Shown here: piece by piece, positions 11,170 to 24,470 of the stretch
Numbering within the stretch: the stretch's first letter is position 1
Layout of the letters: each line of letters starts with the position of its first letter
Assembly (NCBI RefSeq): GCF_963921235.1
Contig: NC_086108.1
Location: forward strand, 55,554,001-55,618,000
Direction of reading: 5' to 3'
From: Mobula hypostoma
Lineage: Eukaryota
Length of the DNA stretch: 64,000 nt
Notes under the pieces: generated by a model
What the model saw: only the letters and a program-made list of their open reading frames with translations
Told to the model about the DNA's origin: nothing
The model's database searches: none
Program-made: the position numbers and the translations under genes

Positions 11170-11990
11170 CTACAGTATAGAACAGTAGAGCAATGGACAG
11201 GCCATATGGTCCACAATCTTGTGCCAATATTGATGCAAATTCATATTAAATGTCCTCCTCTAGTGTATCATTCATATCGCTCCATTACCATAATATTTAG
11301 CTTTCTATCTAAACTCCACCAAACTGCCTCCACCCTCTACTAGCCAGGGTAACCCATTCTAGACACCTACCATTCTCTGCATTAAAAAAAAATTGCCTCT
11401 CATATCAACGATATACCACCCCCACCTTCCCCAGTACCACCGAACCATTGATGTTTAACATTTTTTGTTCTGCAGAAAAGATTCTGACTGTCTTATGACT
11501 AGCTTGCCTCTCATAATTTGAAAAATCTCTAGCTTGTCTCCCATCAGTCTCTGACACTCTGAGAACAACCCAAGTTTGTCCAACCTTTCCTTATCACTGA
11601 TGCGCTCTAATCCAGGCAGCATCCTGGTAAACCTCTTCTGAAACCTTTCCAGAGCCTCCACGTCCTTCCTATAATGTGGTGACCAGAAAGGCACACAGTA
11701 CTCCTAGCATGATCTGACTAAAGCTTTATAAAACTGCACGATGACTTTCGCAGTCTTACGCTGAACGGCCCTACCAATGATGGCCACCATTCCATGTGTC
11801 TTCTTTACCATCTTATCCAATTGTGTAGCAAGTTCCAGTGAACTATGGACCTGAACACAAAGAACCTATTACTTCAGCGCGATCAAGGAGCCTACCATTA
11901 AATGTGTGCTTTCTCCTTTCATTTAACATCCCAGACAGCACCATCTCAATCTGCCCAAGTCAAACTCCATCTGCTACTTTTTGCCCTTTC
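11170..11990 (-). mobile_element. CR1 LINE 3' fragment
   Basis: Peptide FWSPHYRKDVEALERFQKRFTRMLPGL (11455-11694) plus 3' tail. Confidence 0.85.
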
Positions 11991-12141
11991 TGAGTTATTT
12001 AGTTTCTCAAATATTCTGTTGTTTTACAATGTGTATCAAGTTATCTTACCAGCTCAAAATTATCAGAGTGTATAATGGTTCAACAACATAACGTCCCACT
12101 ACATCATTATGCTTCCTTTTCTGTTAAATTCATCATTTACA

Positions 12142-13599
12142 TTTTTCATTTTTCATTTTTAAATCTTTTTATTAATTATTATTGAAAATCAACAACAAAG
12201 AAAAATACATCAAAATAATCAAGACAACATATCCATATGTAGAATAAGAGTTAAACTATCAACCAAACTAAACAGTATATCAATAATAATAAAAAAATGT
12301 TAAAGCTATTTTTTTGGAAAAAGGAAAGAAGGAAAAAGAACCCCTACTAACTAAAACAAAAAAAACCCTAATAACAAGAAAAAACAGGAAAAAATGCCAT
12401 TTGGAGCACAAACCCGGAGCCATACAAGCTTCCATAAGAAAAAAAGATATCAATCCGCCAACCAAATCCATTTACCCAAGAATCAGAAGAGGACCATCTT
12501 AATTAACTCAAATCAAATGATAATAACGGGTAAAAGAGCCCCACCTTTTCTTGAAGTCAAATCTCAAAAGTTTGACTTCTAATTTTTTCCAGACTAAGAC
12601 ATAACATCACCTGAGAGAACCATTGTATCAAAGTGGGAGCAGAAGCATCTTTCCATTTTAATAAAATAGCCCTCCTGGCCAATAATGTAACAAATGCAAT
12701 TACGTGTTGGTCTAATACAGAAATACCGTGAATATATTGAGGAATTATACCAAACAAAAATTGTCAATTTATTAGGGTGTAAATTGATTTTTAAAGCTTT
12801 AGAAATTGTAGAAAAAATATATTTCCTAAACTGTTTTAATAAAGAACACGACCAAAACATGTGTGTCAATATAGCTATCTCAGTTTTACATCTATCATAC
12901 TGACTATTAACATTAGGAAATATTTTAGACGATCTCTCCTTTGTTAAATAATAATGATGTACAATTTTAAATTGAATTAGAGAATGACTGGCACAAATCG
13001 AAGAGGAGTTAACCAACTTCAAATTTCGCAACCAATCCTCTGTTATCAAGGTCATGTTAAAGTCTCTTTCCCAATCTCACTTAATCTTAAGTACAGGATA
13101 GTTATCCTGTTGTAATAGTGAATTATAAATTTTCCCAATGAAACCTTTCACTAAAGGGTTCATTTTTAAAATAATGTCTAACAGGTCAGAATCTTGTATA
13201 TATGGAAAATCACTTAAATATTCTTGAAAGAAATGTCAGACCTGAAGATATTGCAAAAAATGTGAATATTTAGTTACTAATTTCTCAAAGGACATCAATC
13301 GGCCTTCTTGAAACAAATCCATAAAGGAAAATATTCCTTTATTCCTCCAAAGAGAAAAGGTAGGATCACTAAGTCAAGGTTTAAATAAATAGTTTCGATA
13401 AATTGAACTAAAAAGGTTAAATCTTTTAAGATTAAAAATCTTACGAAACTGATACCGGATTCGTAATGACTGCTTAATCATTGTATTTATATTTAGAATA
13501 GAAATTTTGGCTAATTGTACAGGTAAAGGAGCTCCTAATAACGAAGTTAAATAAAATTGTTTCACAATTTTCAATTCCAGATCAACCCATGGTGGTAAC
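12142..13599 (-). mobile_element. 5'-truncated L1 (ORF2 C-terminus, 3' UTR, polyA) with 13-bp TSD
   Basis: Peptides LIQFKIVHHYYLT...RCKTEIAILTHMFWSC and LLARRAILLKWKDASAPT (L1 Cys-rich region). T-rich tail at 12142-12172. TSD TTCATCATTTACA at 12129-12141 and 13600-13612. Confidence 0.9.
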
Positions 13600-14637
13600 T
13601 TCATCATTTACAAGCATCAAAAATATTTTTGCTTTATTCTTAGGTGAGAGATCATGTTTGAGTTAAGAGGGTTTGGAAAGAGGATCTTAAATGCAATGAA
13701 CTCTTTGTAAATAACTTTATAAAAAAAAGTTACATTTCCGGCTAAATCTGATTAGAATATTCAAATATGCCAGCCTACAAAAGCAGCAACATAAATAAGC
13801 AGCCAGTGAGGAACTGCGTATCCACCTTCCACAGTCACAGGTGCTATAGTTGATTTTTTTTTCCTCTGGCTTGTAGTGTAAAAGCAACTAGCACAGGCAT
13901 TTTCCACATCTGGGTGGCACATCTCCAGTTAGTATTATTTTTTGGTTAGTTCAGGGTTCATTACTTCCTATGTGCTACAATTTTCTTCTGATAGATTTTG
14001 ACCACTCATACTTTTTTACCCGACTTACTGCCAAAACTTATTGCTAAATTGAATGAGGTAATTATAGAGAAAGTGTGCAAATGTATTCTGAGTTCACACC
14101 TTGGTTTTTTATACATTTTGAAGTCTAATATTTGCGTTCCTATAAGGGAGTTTTGGTTGTCAAGAACACATGCTAGAAATGAGTGGACTACTCAAGGGCG
14201 TCAGGCATTGCATGCATTGTATGTACATTCTCCATTTCAAATCTGCAAATACAGAAAGCCATTCTCTTTCCCTACATCCAGTTATTTCGCATTAGTGGCA
14301 CAAGATTGTCAACTGAATAAATGAGTTGATGTTGAAGGTGAGAGGATGAATGTAGAATAGCAAATAAAAGGAATGCTATGTGTGCATATCTTTAATTGAA
14401 AAATAAGAACCAGAGAGTGCTGTTTCTCCTCTAATCTATTTAGTCATAAGGGTCCAGCTTCAATTTTAATGATTTAATGTGGCATCATGCAATTTATTTA
14501 CAGCTATACAAGTGATTCATATTATGTCTGTGAGAACTGTTTTTTTGTTCATTTTCCTCTGGTAAAAATAATTACTTGTTTCCAACAGATTGTTTTTAAA
14601 AGATGTTTAGATATAATTTAGTAATACATTTCATATA

Positions 14638-15168
14638 CAGTACTGTGCAAATATTTTAGGTACAAAATGTCTTAGGGTGCTGAAGACATTTGCACAGTAC
14701 TGCATTTTTTAACATGGAGTGGAGGATGAGTTTGTAAATCTGGCAGGAGCAAAGGATGTTGGGAATGTAAGGAGGTTTGAGCACCATACAAGGTGTGTGG
14801 GACAGATGGCAAAGAAAGAGTGCTGGGGTGGGTGGGGGGGGTGGTTAGCATGGGTGCAGACACACCCAGCCTTGAGACACTAGACAAGGTCGTTTGATTC
14901 TATACAATTGGTTTACTGATCAGTACTGAATGTCTCTCTGGTGCTTCCCATGCCCTCCCCTCTCCCTTCCCCCTTTCCCACCCATGATTCCCCTCTCCCT
15001 GCCCTCTTCCCACTCTCAGATCACAATAGACCCATATTAGAATCAGATTTATCACAACTCACATATGTCGTGATTTTTTGCAGCAATACATAAAATTACT
15101 ACAGTACTCTGCAAATGTCTTAGGCACCCTAACTATATATATGAGCCTAAGACACTTGCACAGTACTG
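14638..15168. mobile_element. Tc1/mariner-type MITE with self-palindromic ~65-bp TIRs
   Basis: TA|CAGTACTGTGCAA ... TTGCACAGTACTG|TA. TIR units 14638-14702 and 15102-15168 are inverted copies of each other and each is itself an inverted repeat. Confidence 0.85.
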
Positions 15169-16346
15169 TATCATCTTGGAAATGAGTAAAGTTATAATTG
15201 TGAGAGGCCTTTGAGCATTTGTTTCTTGATTATAGGTACAATGCATAGATGTCTTAGGTTGAAAAGATTATGTTTATGTTGCATCTAGTTGTGATTGTGA
15301 AAGTCCAAATCACAAAATAGAACAATGAATTTAAAGAACTGGCTAGTCAAATCATTATTTTGTGTTTCAATGCCTACAAATAGCTATGCTTGTAGTCCTG
15401 AATGTTTGTCTTTTTGGCCTCAGTGAATGAGTTGGAGAAAAGCAACAGAAGCATAAGTTGCTTTCCATAGATTTTGAAATTATTTTTGTGCAAATTCAAA
15501 CATAGCAAACTTCAACAAATATTGTGTATTTTCAATAAACTGTTCTATTTCTATTGTTATATCTTTCTTATAATTATATTACTCCAACGACTTAAAGTCA
15601 GGGGAATGCTGGGCTATCTATAATATGGATTCATTTTACTGTACATCTTAAAAAATGGATGTCCTGCTACCCTATAATTTTTAGGATTTCAAAACTAAAC
15701 CTTGGCACCATTAACCATGATCCCTATTACAGTATTCACCACATTGAACCTCATTCCTCTCCATGATTTTGCTATTAAATACAATGAAATGTGACTTTTT
15801 ATTTAAAACATTTTTGTTAAAATGTTTCATGCTTGTTAAATTGAAAATGTTTATTTCCTTGAATTATTTCCCTAATTGTTATGAAAATTCTAATACTTCT
15901 GCGGAACAATGAAACAAATTTTATTTGCAGCAACTCCTGTTACAGTAAAGTAGAAGTTTACATTTCTGAGAATGTAAATGGCATCTAAAACTTCAGGTAG
16001 CGGCATTAGCTAATAATTATATCATTCTTTAAAAATCAGAGAATGTCGTCAATCTATTGAAAACTAGGTCTTCAAGTAACTTCAAATTACCAACAAATAA
16101 TACAATTTGATTTTGTTTTAGAAGTCTTTGCCACCTCCTAGAAGCATTTATGATTCAGGGCATCAATTGGTGAGCCAATATCCTCAATTTAAAGGTCAGA
16201 AGCCTTAACATCAACTCAAGTGTGTGTTTTATTCTTGGTTTTATTTTTCATTGCAAAAGATTTGACTGAATGCTGCTGACAATGAGAAAGCACAAATCAA
16301 AATTTATTCTTAGTTGCATGTTGGCCAAGTGAGTGCTGGTCAAACT

Positions 16347-17308
16347 ACTGAACTGACTTTATTACTCACATCCTTCATGTACATGAGCAGTAAAAATCTT
16401 CACATTATGTGTCTGTCTAAATATGTAATGTGTAATTTATAATAAATAGTATGTATAACAGTACAGTCAATCTAACATAGAAATACAATTGTATCAGCAT
16501 GAATTAATCAGTCTGGTGGGCTGGAGGAAGAAGCTGTCCGGATGTCTGTTGGTCCTGGCTCTTATGCTGTGGTACCTTTTCCCGGATGGCAGCAGCTGGA
16601 ACAGTTTGTGGTTGGGATGACTCGGGTCCCCAGTGATCTTTCGGGCCCTTTTTACACACCTGTCTTTGTAAGTATCCCGAATAGTGGGAGGTTCAAATCT
16701 ACGGATGCGCTGGGCTCTCTGCAGAGTCCTGCGATTGAGGGAGGTACAGTTCCTATACCAGGCGGTGATGCAGCCAGTCAGGATGCTCTCAGTTGTGCCC
16801 CTGTAGAACGTTCTAAGAATTTGGGGCCCATACCAAACTTCCTCAACCGTTTGAGGTGAAAGAGGCGCTGTTATGCCTTTTTCACCACACAAGTGGTATG
16901 TACAGACCACGTGAGATCCTCTGTGATGTGTATGTCAAAGAACTTAAAGCTGTTCACCCTCTCAACCCCAGATCCATTGATGTCAATAGAGGCTAGCCTG
17001 TCTCCATTCCTCCTGTAGTCCACAACCAGCTCCTTTGTTTTTGTGACATTGAAGAAGAGGTGGTTTTCTTGACACTACTGTGTCAGGGTGATGACTTCTT
17101 CTCTGTAGGCTGTCTCATTATTATTTGAGATTATGCCAATCAATATAGTGTCATCAGCAAATTTAATTAGCAGTTTGGTGCTGTGGGTGGCGACACAGTC
17201 ATGGGTATACAGAGAGTAAAGGAGGGGGCTTAGGACACAGTCCTGAGGGGCACCTGAGTTGAGAGTCAGAGGGGCAGAGGTGAGGGAGCCCACTCTTACC
17301 ATCTGCCT
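16347..17308 (-). mobile_element. 5'-truncated Rex1/Babar LINE (RT C-terminal half + tail)
   Basis: Peptides GAPQDCVLSPLLYSLYTHDC...KFADDT and LRTFYRGTTESILTGCITAWY...DPSHPNHKLFQLLPSGKRY. Confidence 0.9.
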
Positions 17309-18049
17309 ATATTTTCACCAAAAGGTATTTTTAAAATCCATAAAAGTTATGAATAATATTTTGAGTTTGTTTTCTTGATTTCTTTTTCTCTTACATTTCC
17401 TCAATACTGGACTAAAGCCATGGTGCCTTATGTTATTAGATAATTGGTTGAAGGAAAGGATAGATAGGAGTTCACTATCTAAATTAACAATCAATTTTTT
17501 TCATATTTCCTGTAAGAAACTGTTGAATAGCATTAAAAATTCAATTCAAAGAATTCAATTTCTTTGGGTCTTTTTGCTAAAAACACTAATTGAATTTCTT
17601 CAAAAATTGTAATACGGTTTGCTTTATGTTTAGTTTCACAATGCAGGGTAGAGAAGGGGAGAGTTAAATTCTCTCCATCTGTCATTAGAAGTAACAGACC
17701 TACAATTCCTCTTTGTTGTCATGCTTTCTCCATGAGCTTCTGTTGACCTGCCAATTCTTCCAAATGATTCAGACAGAACTTTCATGAATAATCTGAGATT
17801 TCAGGGCTTGCACTGAACTTCATTGAATAATAACTGCATAGTGGAACGTGTGTTATGGCAGCATCCTTCAGAAACTTCTAGCTGCACAACAGAAAATGCT
17901 ATAACTGTTTTGGTGTTGTATTTATTAAGATGGGATCTAGATGAAAAGATGTTTTCTACTGGATTCCAGCTCCTGGCACAAAAGGATCCATTTCCTAGCC
18001 TATCCTTCACTATTCCATCATGATGTACGGGTACTCAGAATACAGGTAC

Positions 18050-18312
18050 ATCACTTTAGAACAGAGATGATTGGAACTTCTTCAGCCAGAGGTGGTGAAT
18101 GTGTGGAATTCATTGCCATAGACGGTTGTGGAAGTCAAGTCATTGGGTATATTTAAAGCAGAGGTTGATAGGTTCTTGTTTAGTAAGGGTGTCAAAGGTT
18201 ACTGGGAGAAGGCAGGAGAATGGAGTTGAGAGCGATAATAAATCGGCCATGATAGCAGAGCCGATTTGATTGGCTGAATGGTCTAATTCGGCTCCTATGA
18301 CTTATGGTCTTG
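18050..18312 (+). mobile_element. CR1 3' end fragment
   Basis: TTTAGAACAGAGATGA...CAGAGGTGGTGAATGTGTGGAATTCATTGCCA... followed by the CR1 tail. Confidence 0.8.
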
Positions 18313-18327
18313 CAATCATGCCAACTG

Positions 18328-19423
18328 ATCTATCCTAAGTACTAAATGGTTAAGTTTTATTTTACTTCACTCGGCTATAACCGACACACCAATCGTGAGT
18401 TGGAGAGCTACAACAGAGGAGGCTGCATACAAGTGCGGGAGCCAAGTTTAAAAGGGGAAAGCTTCACGGCACTCAGCTATAACCAGCACACTAATCGTGT
18501 GTTGGAGAGCAGGGGAGGTTCAGGCCTGAATAGAGATCTTGACGGGATGAAAGCCTCGGCAGACGACTGGAATGTCACCTTTGAGCCTACTAAGTGCAAG
18601 GCGATGGTGACGTCTCGGAAGAGGAATCCATCTAACCCCGACCTGTACTTTGGGAACTGCAAGCTGGATTTAAAGAAGGAGCTAGTAATCCTTGGTGTTA
18701 ATATTGACAGCAAGTTGGTGTGGGATAAACACCTTTCCACTATTTCAAACAAGGCTGGACAAGGGCTTGGAGCTCAGTGGAAAGTAGCATCCGAACTAGA
18801 CAAAGAGGGCAGAGACATGGTTTACAAAGCCCAGGTACGAAGCATCATGGAGTATGCCTGCTTATCATGGATGAATGCCTCACAGAGTGTCCTCAGCCAG
18901 CTTGATTTCATTCAAAGAAAGACTCTCAGGATTATAGGTGTAGATGAAGCCACAGCTCGTGAGAAACTAGCCATCAGTAGCTTACACCACAGATGACAGG
19001 TTGCTGCAGCTACTGTGCTATACAAAATGCACACCAGCCACAGCCCTGCAGACCTTCACGCCATGCTGCCTTCATCTTATGAGAGACAGTGCACCACACG
19101 ATCAAGTTTATCTATGTCTGCTCATGCTGTTTCTATGCCTGATGCGAGAACCTACACACTGGATAGAAGCTTCCTTCACTGTGCTATCAGAATTTGGAAC
19201 AGCCTTCCAGATGCTGTGGTTGGAAATATCTGTGATGATGGGGTTCAAGCCTTCAAGAGTTGAGTGCACAAATACCTATCATCTCTGGGAGGGAAGTCAC
19301 ATGCTTCTTCATAAGCTATCATGAAGGGGACCAGGTTGGCAATGCTTGGTTGTTGGTAGGTAGAGTTAATACCTGACTTTCAAGAGCACTTGTGAGTGAT
19401 GTTCTGGCTGGACTTAGTCCATA
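18328..19423 (+). mobile_element. Fairly young CR1/Jockey-group LINE derivative: short repeated leader fused to post-RT ORF2 region
   Basis: Peptide WNVTFEPTKCKAM...ILGVNIDSKLVW...YKAQVRSIMEYACLSW continuing through one stop to SFLHCAIRIWNSLP. Leader has two ~45-bp direct repeats (18364-18408, 18462-18510). Confidence 0.8.
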
Positions 19424-19729
19424 AACTGCTGGAGAACAGTGCGGAAAGAACAGGTGCTCCTGCCACGTTTTGTCACCCTGCAACCTTATCCTTCAATCTC
19501 TTTGAATTATGGAGGACAGCATGTGTATAAATGTCTCTCTCCAGCAGACTTTATCATGGTCATCATGACTCCAGTATTTCTACTATTTTTTAATTGTACT
19601 TACGATTTTTTTTTGTGTTCTGTCGCTGAGCAGCAGTGAACCATCTGATTGGCCTATCAGAGTTCTCTTTGGGAACTAGTTGACTTGATCAGCATTTCTG
19701 ATCTGACTATTGTTCACGATTGCATTTAA

Positions 19730-22700
19730 TCAAAAAAAAGGGAGACACTGCCTAGCGGAGTGGTCACCGTCGGAGTAGTCTGAGTCAGTGTGGTAGGGCT
19801 TTGGTGAGGTAAGTGGACCATTTTTCCCTTGCAATTTTTGAGGAATAGAGAGCATGTCTGCAGGTTAGTACTTAGCTCTGGGTGCCAGATGTGGGAATCC
19901 TGGGAATTTTCCAGTCTCCCAGACAGCCACATCTGTGCCAGGTGCACTGAGATGCGGCTCCTGAGAGACCGTGTTGGGGACCTGGAGCTGTGACTTGATG
20001 ACCTACAGCTTATTAGGAAACATGAGCAGGAGATAGAGGAGTTAGTCACCCTGAGGCTGCAGGAGTTAGATAAGTGGGTGACTGTCAGGGAAGGGAAGGG
20101 AAGAGCTCAGATGGTAGAGAGCATCCCTGTGGCCATCCTCCTCAGAATCGTTATCTCATTTTGGATTTTGTTGGGGGGCAGGGGGGGTGACCTGACAGAG
20201 GATGACCACGCGATCGGGTCTCTGGCACTGAGCCTGGTTCTGTGGTGCAGGAGGGAGGGAAGAAGATGAGGAACGCAGTAGTCATAGGGGATTTCATAGT
20301 GAGGGGAACAGACAGGAGGATCTGTCAGCTTGACAGAGATACCTGCATGCTGTTTTGCCTCCCAGGTGCCAGGGTACGGGATGTCTCGGGTAGTGTGCAG
20401 AGTAGTCTGAAGGGAGAGGGTGAACAGCTAGAAGTCTTGGTACATGTTGGTATCAATAACATTGGTAGAACAAGGGAGGAGGTCCTGAAGAGAGAATTCA
20501 GTGAGTTAGGTAGGAAGCTAAAAAAGCAGGAAACCAGGGTAGTAATCTCAGGATTGCTGCCTGTGCTACGTACTAACGAGCGCAAGAATAGCACGATCAG
20601 GCATATTAATGCATGGCTGAGAGACTGGTATAGGGGGGAGGGCTTCAGATTCCTGGATCACTGGGGCCTTTTCTGGGGGAGGTACAACCTGTCTAAAAAG
20701 GATGGGTTACACCTAAACCCAAAGGGGTCCAATATCCTAGCAGGCTGGTTTAATAGAACTGTTAGGGAGGGTTTAAATTAATTTGGCAGGGGGATGGAAA
20801 CTGGAGTGATAGGGCTGAGGAAGGGGAAAACAGAAGTAAATCAAAGATAGCGTGCAACAGAGATGATAGAAAAACGGGCAGGAGATGAAGCATAATCACA
20901 GCCATTGGGATGAGTTATAAATACTGGACTGAAAATATTATATTTGAATGCACGCAGCATAAGAAATAAACTGGGCAATCTTGAAATTCAGCTACAGATT
21001 TGCAAGTATGATGTTGTGGCCATCTTTGAAACTTGGCTAAAGGATGGCTGGCATTAGGAGCTCAGCGTCCAATGGTGATTCGGAAAGATAGGTTAGTAGG
21101 CAGAGGGGGTGGTGTGGCCCTGTGTGTAAGAAATAATATTAAATCATTAGAAAGAGGTGACATAGGATCGGAAGGTGTAGCATCTCTATGGGTTGAGTTA
21201 AGAAATGGCAAGGGTAAAAGGACCCGAATGGCAGTTGTATACAGGCCTCCAAACAGCAGCCAGGATGTGGATTACAAAATACAGCAGGACATAGAAAAGG
21301 TGTGTCAGAAGGGCAATGTCATGATAATCGTTGGGGATTTTAGCATGAAAGTTGATTGGGAAAACCAGGCTAGTACTGGACCTCAAGAGAGGGGATTGGT
21401 AGCATGTCTAAGGGATGGCTTTATAGAACAGCTTGTTGTTGAGCCCACTAGGGGATCAGCTGTGCTCAATTGGGTGTTGTGCAATGATCCGGAGGTGATA
21501 AGAGAGCATAAGGTTTAGGAACACTTAGGGAACAATAATCACAATATGATTGAGTTCACTTTGAAATTTGAGAAGGAGAAACTAAATTCCAATGTGTTGG
21601 TATTTCAGTAGAATAAAGAAAATTGCAATGGCATGAGAGGGGAAATAGCCAAAGTTGACTGGAAAGGGACACGAGCAGAAAGGACAGCAGAGCAGCAATG
21701 GCTAGTGTTTCTGAGAGAAATGAGGAAAGTGCAAGACAGATATATTCCAAATAAAAAGAAATTTTCAAATGGAAGAAGGACACTGCGATGCTGACAAGTG
21801 AAGTCAGAGCCAAAGTAAAAGCAGAAGAGAGGGCATACAAGAAAGCCAAAGCTCGTGGGAAGATAGTGGATTGGGAAGCTTTTAAAAACTTGCAGAAGGA
21901 AACTAAGAAGGTCATTAGGAAGGAAAAGCTGAAGGGGACTTTGCGGTTCTTACGTTTATCTGCCGTTCATTCTTTGGGGCATTTCTCTGTTTTCATGGAC
22001 ATTTGCAAAGAAAAAGCATTTCAGGATGAATATTGTATACATTTCTCTGACATTAAATTGGACCTTTGAACCTTTGAATTATGAAAGGAAGCTGGTGATT
22101 AATATCAAAGAAGATACTACAAGCTTTTTTAAGTATATAAAAGGTAAAACAGAGTTGAAGGTAGATATAGGACCAATAGAAAATTACACTGGAAATATTG
22201 TAATGAGAGACGCAGCGATGGCAGAGGAACTGAATGCAACTATTCATGAACAGATTAATGAACTATTAATGAACAGATGCAACTATTTTGCATCAGTTTT
22301 CACAATGGAACTTATCTGCAGTATACAGGACATTCAACAGTGTCAGGGAAGTGAAGTATGCGCAGTGAAAATTACAACTGAGAAGGTGCTCAGGAAGCTT
22401 AATGGTCTGAGGGTGGGTATATCTCCTGGACCTGATGGAAGACACCCTCGGGTTCAGAAGGAAGTAGCTGGAGAGATTGTGGAGGCATGAACAAAGATCT
22501 TTCAAGAATCGATAGATTCTGGCATTGTACCAGATGACTGGAAAATTGCAAATGTTACTCCGCTAATTAAGAAGGGTGGCAATCTGCAGGAAGGAAACTA
22601 TAGACTTGTTAGCCTGACATCAGTGGTTGGGAAGTTGTTGGAATTGATTGCTAGGGATGAGATTAGGGAGTAGCTGGAGGCACATGACAAGATAGGCCAA

Positions 22701-22985
22701 AGCTTGCATGGTTTCCTGAAAGGAAAATCCTGCCTGACTAACCTCCTGCAATTTTTTGAGAAAATTACAAGCAGAGTAGACAAGGGAGATATAGTGGATG
22801 TGGTGTACTTGGATTTTCAGAAAGCCTTTGACAAGGTGCCGCACATGAGGCTGCTTAGCAAGTTAAGAGCCCATGGAATTACAGGGAAGTTACTAGCATG
22901 GGTGGAGCATTGGCTGATCAGCAGAAAACAGAGAGTGTGAATAAAGGGATCCTATTCTGGCTGGTTGCTGGTTACCAGTGGAGTA
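19730..22985 (+). mobile_element. CR1 LINE retaining 5' part: ORF1 (zinc finger/coiled coil + SGNH esterase) and ORF2 (APE, RT N-half); 3'-truncated pseudogene
   Basis: ORF1 peptides AVVIGDFIVRGTDR...LPGARVRD...VHVGINN...DGLHLN. ORF2 peptides LNARSIRNK, YRPPNS, VGDF, HGFLKGKSCLTNLL...YLDFQKAFDKVPH. Many stops and frameshifts. Confidence 0.92.
21933..22078 (+). mobile_element. 3' fragment of a non-autonomous retroposon nested in the CR1
   Basis: Matches 62165-62310 (CATTTCAGGATG..TATTGTATACA..TCTCTGAC.TTAAATTGGACCTTTGAACC). Confidence 0.75.
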
Positions 22986-23399
22986 TCAAGAAGAATTTTC
23001 AAATTAGTGTTGCACACAGAATAACTCATAATAGCACATGCATGAAAAGATCTTGAACACCATAGTTTAATAAATAATTATTCACATCAGTTATCGGCAT
23101 CGCTTAATTTGTAAATTACTTTGAAATCAATTCCAATGTACAGCTAAGATAGACGAAGACTTAGCTTTATAGCATATTGGACATTTTTAGTCTTAACTAA
23201 ATGGCTTAATGATGGACAATTACAGAAATGATTTTTGTTTTGATGTCCTTTGTTTTGAATACAAATAATTTCAATTTTACTTGACTGCATGTTACCAAAA
23301 TAAGACTAAGTATTTTGTGGAAGAGAATATACTGATATTCCTCTGTTAGAATTTAGAAATCACTTAACCTTAACTTGTACCTTAAGCAATGAAATATAT

Positions 23400-23520
23400 C
23401 ACTGATGTAACGTGGGAAACAACCACCATTTTGAATACTGAGGTCACACACTGCGGGGAGATCAGTTTATAGAAAGTCTTTTAAATGTTGCTCGTGTTGA
23501 GGTAAATGTTGACCAGGGCT
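23400..23520 (-). mobile_element. Deu-domain SINE remnant
   Basis: Weak reverse-complement similarity to the 10455-10680 and 38425-38630 remnants. Confidence 0.35.
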
Positions 23521-23529
23521 TCAAATTCA

Positions 23530-23680
23530 GTGGGAAGCACCACAGAGACATTCTGTAATGATCAATAAACCAATTATTTGGAATTAAATGACCTTGCCTT
23601 GTGTCTCAAGGCTAGGTGTGTCTGTACCCATGCCACTCCCCACCCCGGCACTCCTTCTCTGCAACCTGATCCACATCTGA
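23530..23680 (-). mobile_element. Internal fragment of the same MITE family as 14638-15168
   Basis: Reverse complement of about 14800-14950 (TGGGAAGCACCA.AGAGACATTC, GTGTCTCAAGGCT.GGTGTGTCTG.ACCCATGC). Confidence 0.75.
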
Positions 23681-24012
23681 AAGACAAAAAAATACTATAA
23701 GTTACAATAATCAATGGTGCAAAATTGGAGAATGAGGTAGTGTTTGTGGATTCATGGACTGTTGAGAAATCTGATGGCGGAGGGCAAGATGCTGTTCTTG
23801 CAAAGCTGAGTGTAGTTCTTCAGGCTCCTGATGGTAGTAAGGTGAAAAAGATAGGGTCTTTAATGACGGACACCACCTTCTTCAGGAACTGCCTCTTGAA
23901 GATATCCTCTGTGATGGGGAGGTTTGTATTTGAATGGAACTGGTTGAGTGTACAATCTCTGCAGCTTATGATCCTGTGCATTGGTGATTTCTGACCCTAT
24001 CAGGCTCTGATG
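23680..24012 (-). mobile_element. Rex1-type LINE 3' fragment
   Basis: AATCTGATGGCGGAGGGCAAGATGCTGTTC...CTCCTGATGGTAG, parallel to 63714-63800. Confidence 0.65.
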
Positions 24013-24234
24013 TTACACTGTGATGCCTTGGGTTCCTGCTCTTCACTTTTCCCTAGGAGTCCTCTCTGGCAGCCACATTTATTGATACGGTGGAGATGTC
24101 CCCTGAGCTTCCAGCTGCTGTACTCACTCCCTGGGCACTTTAGAGTCTTGTCTACATATTCTGAGGATCACTAGTTCTTTTAAATGTCTTTAAACAGTGT
24201 TGAATACTGCCATGTGTGGACTGCAGATTTCTGA

Positions 24235-24470
24235 GTGTAATTAATATTTCAGTAATATTTGAGTAATATTTTAAATATATTTGATTAAGCATTCTTTGTT
24301 ATTATGTAATTCATTATAGGTCATATGTAAAAGTACGTGAATGACATACGTCATTATGCCACCATGTTAGAACTGTGCATTTCACTAAAGTAAAAACAAA
24401 ATGTGCACTTTCTCTCAGGATCCTGTGTTTTTGTTTCAATTAGCTTTATATTTTGGGGTTACAAAATATA
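24235..24470 (+). mobile_element. Solo LTR (family of the 8003 Gypsy element)
   Basis: Shares ATTAATATTTCAGTAATATTTGAGTA, TTGATTAAGCATTCTT, TAAAGTAAA and GTTACAAAA blocks with 8008-8260. Confidence 0.75.
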
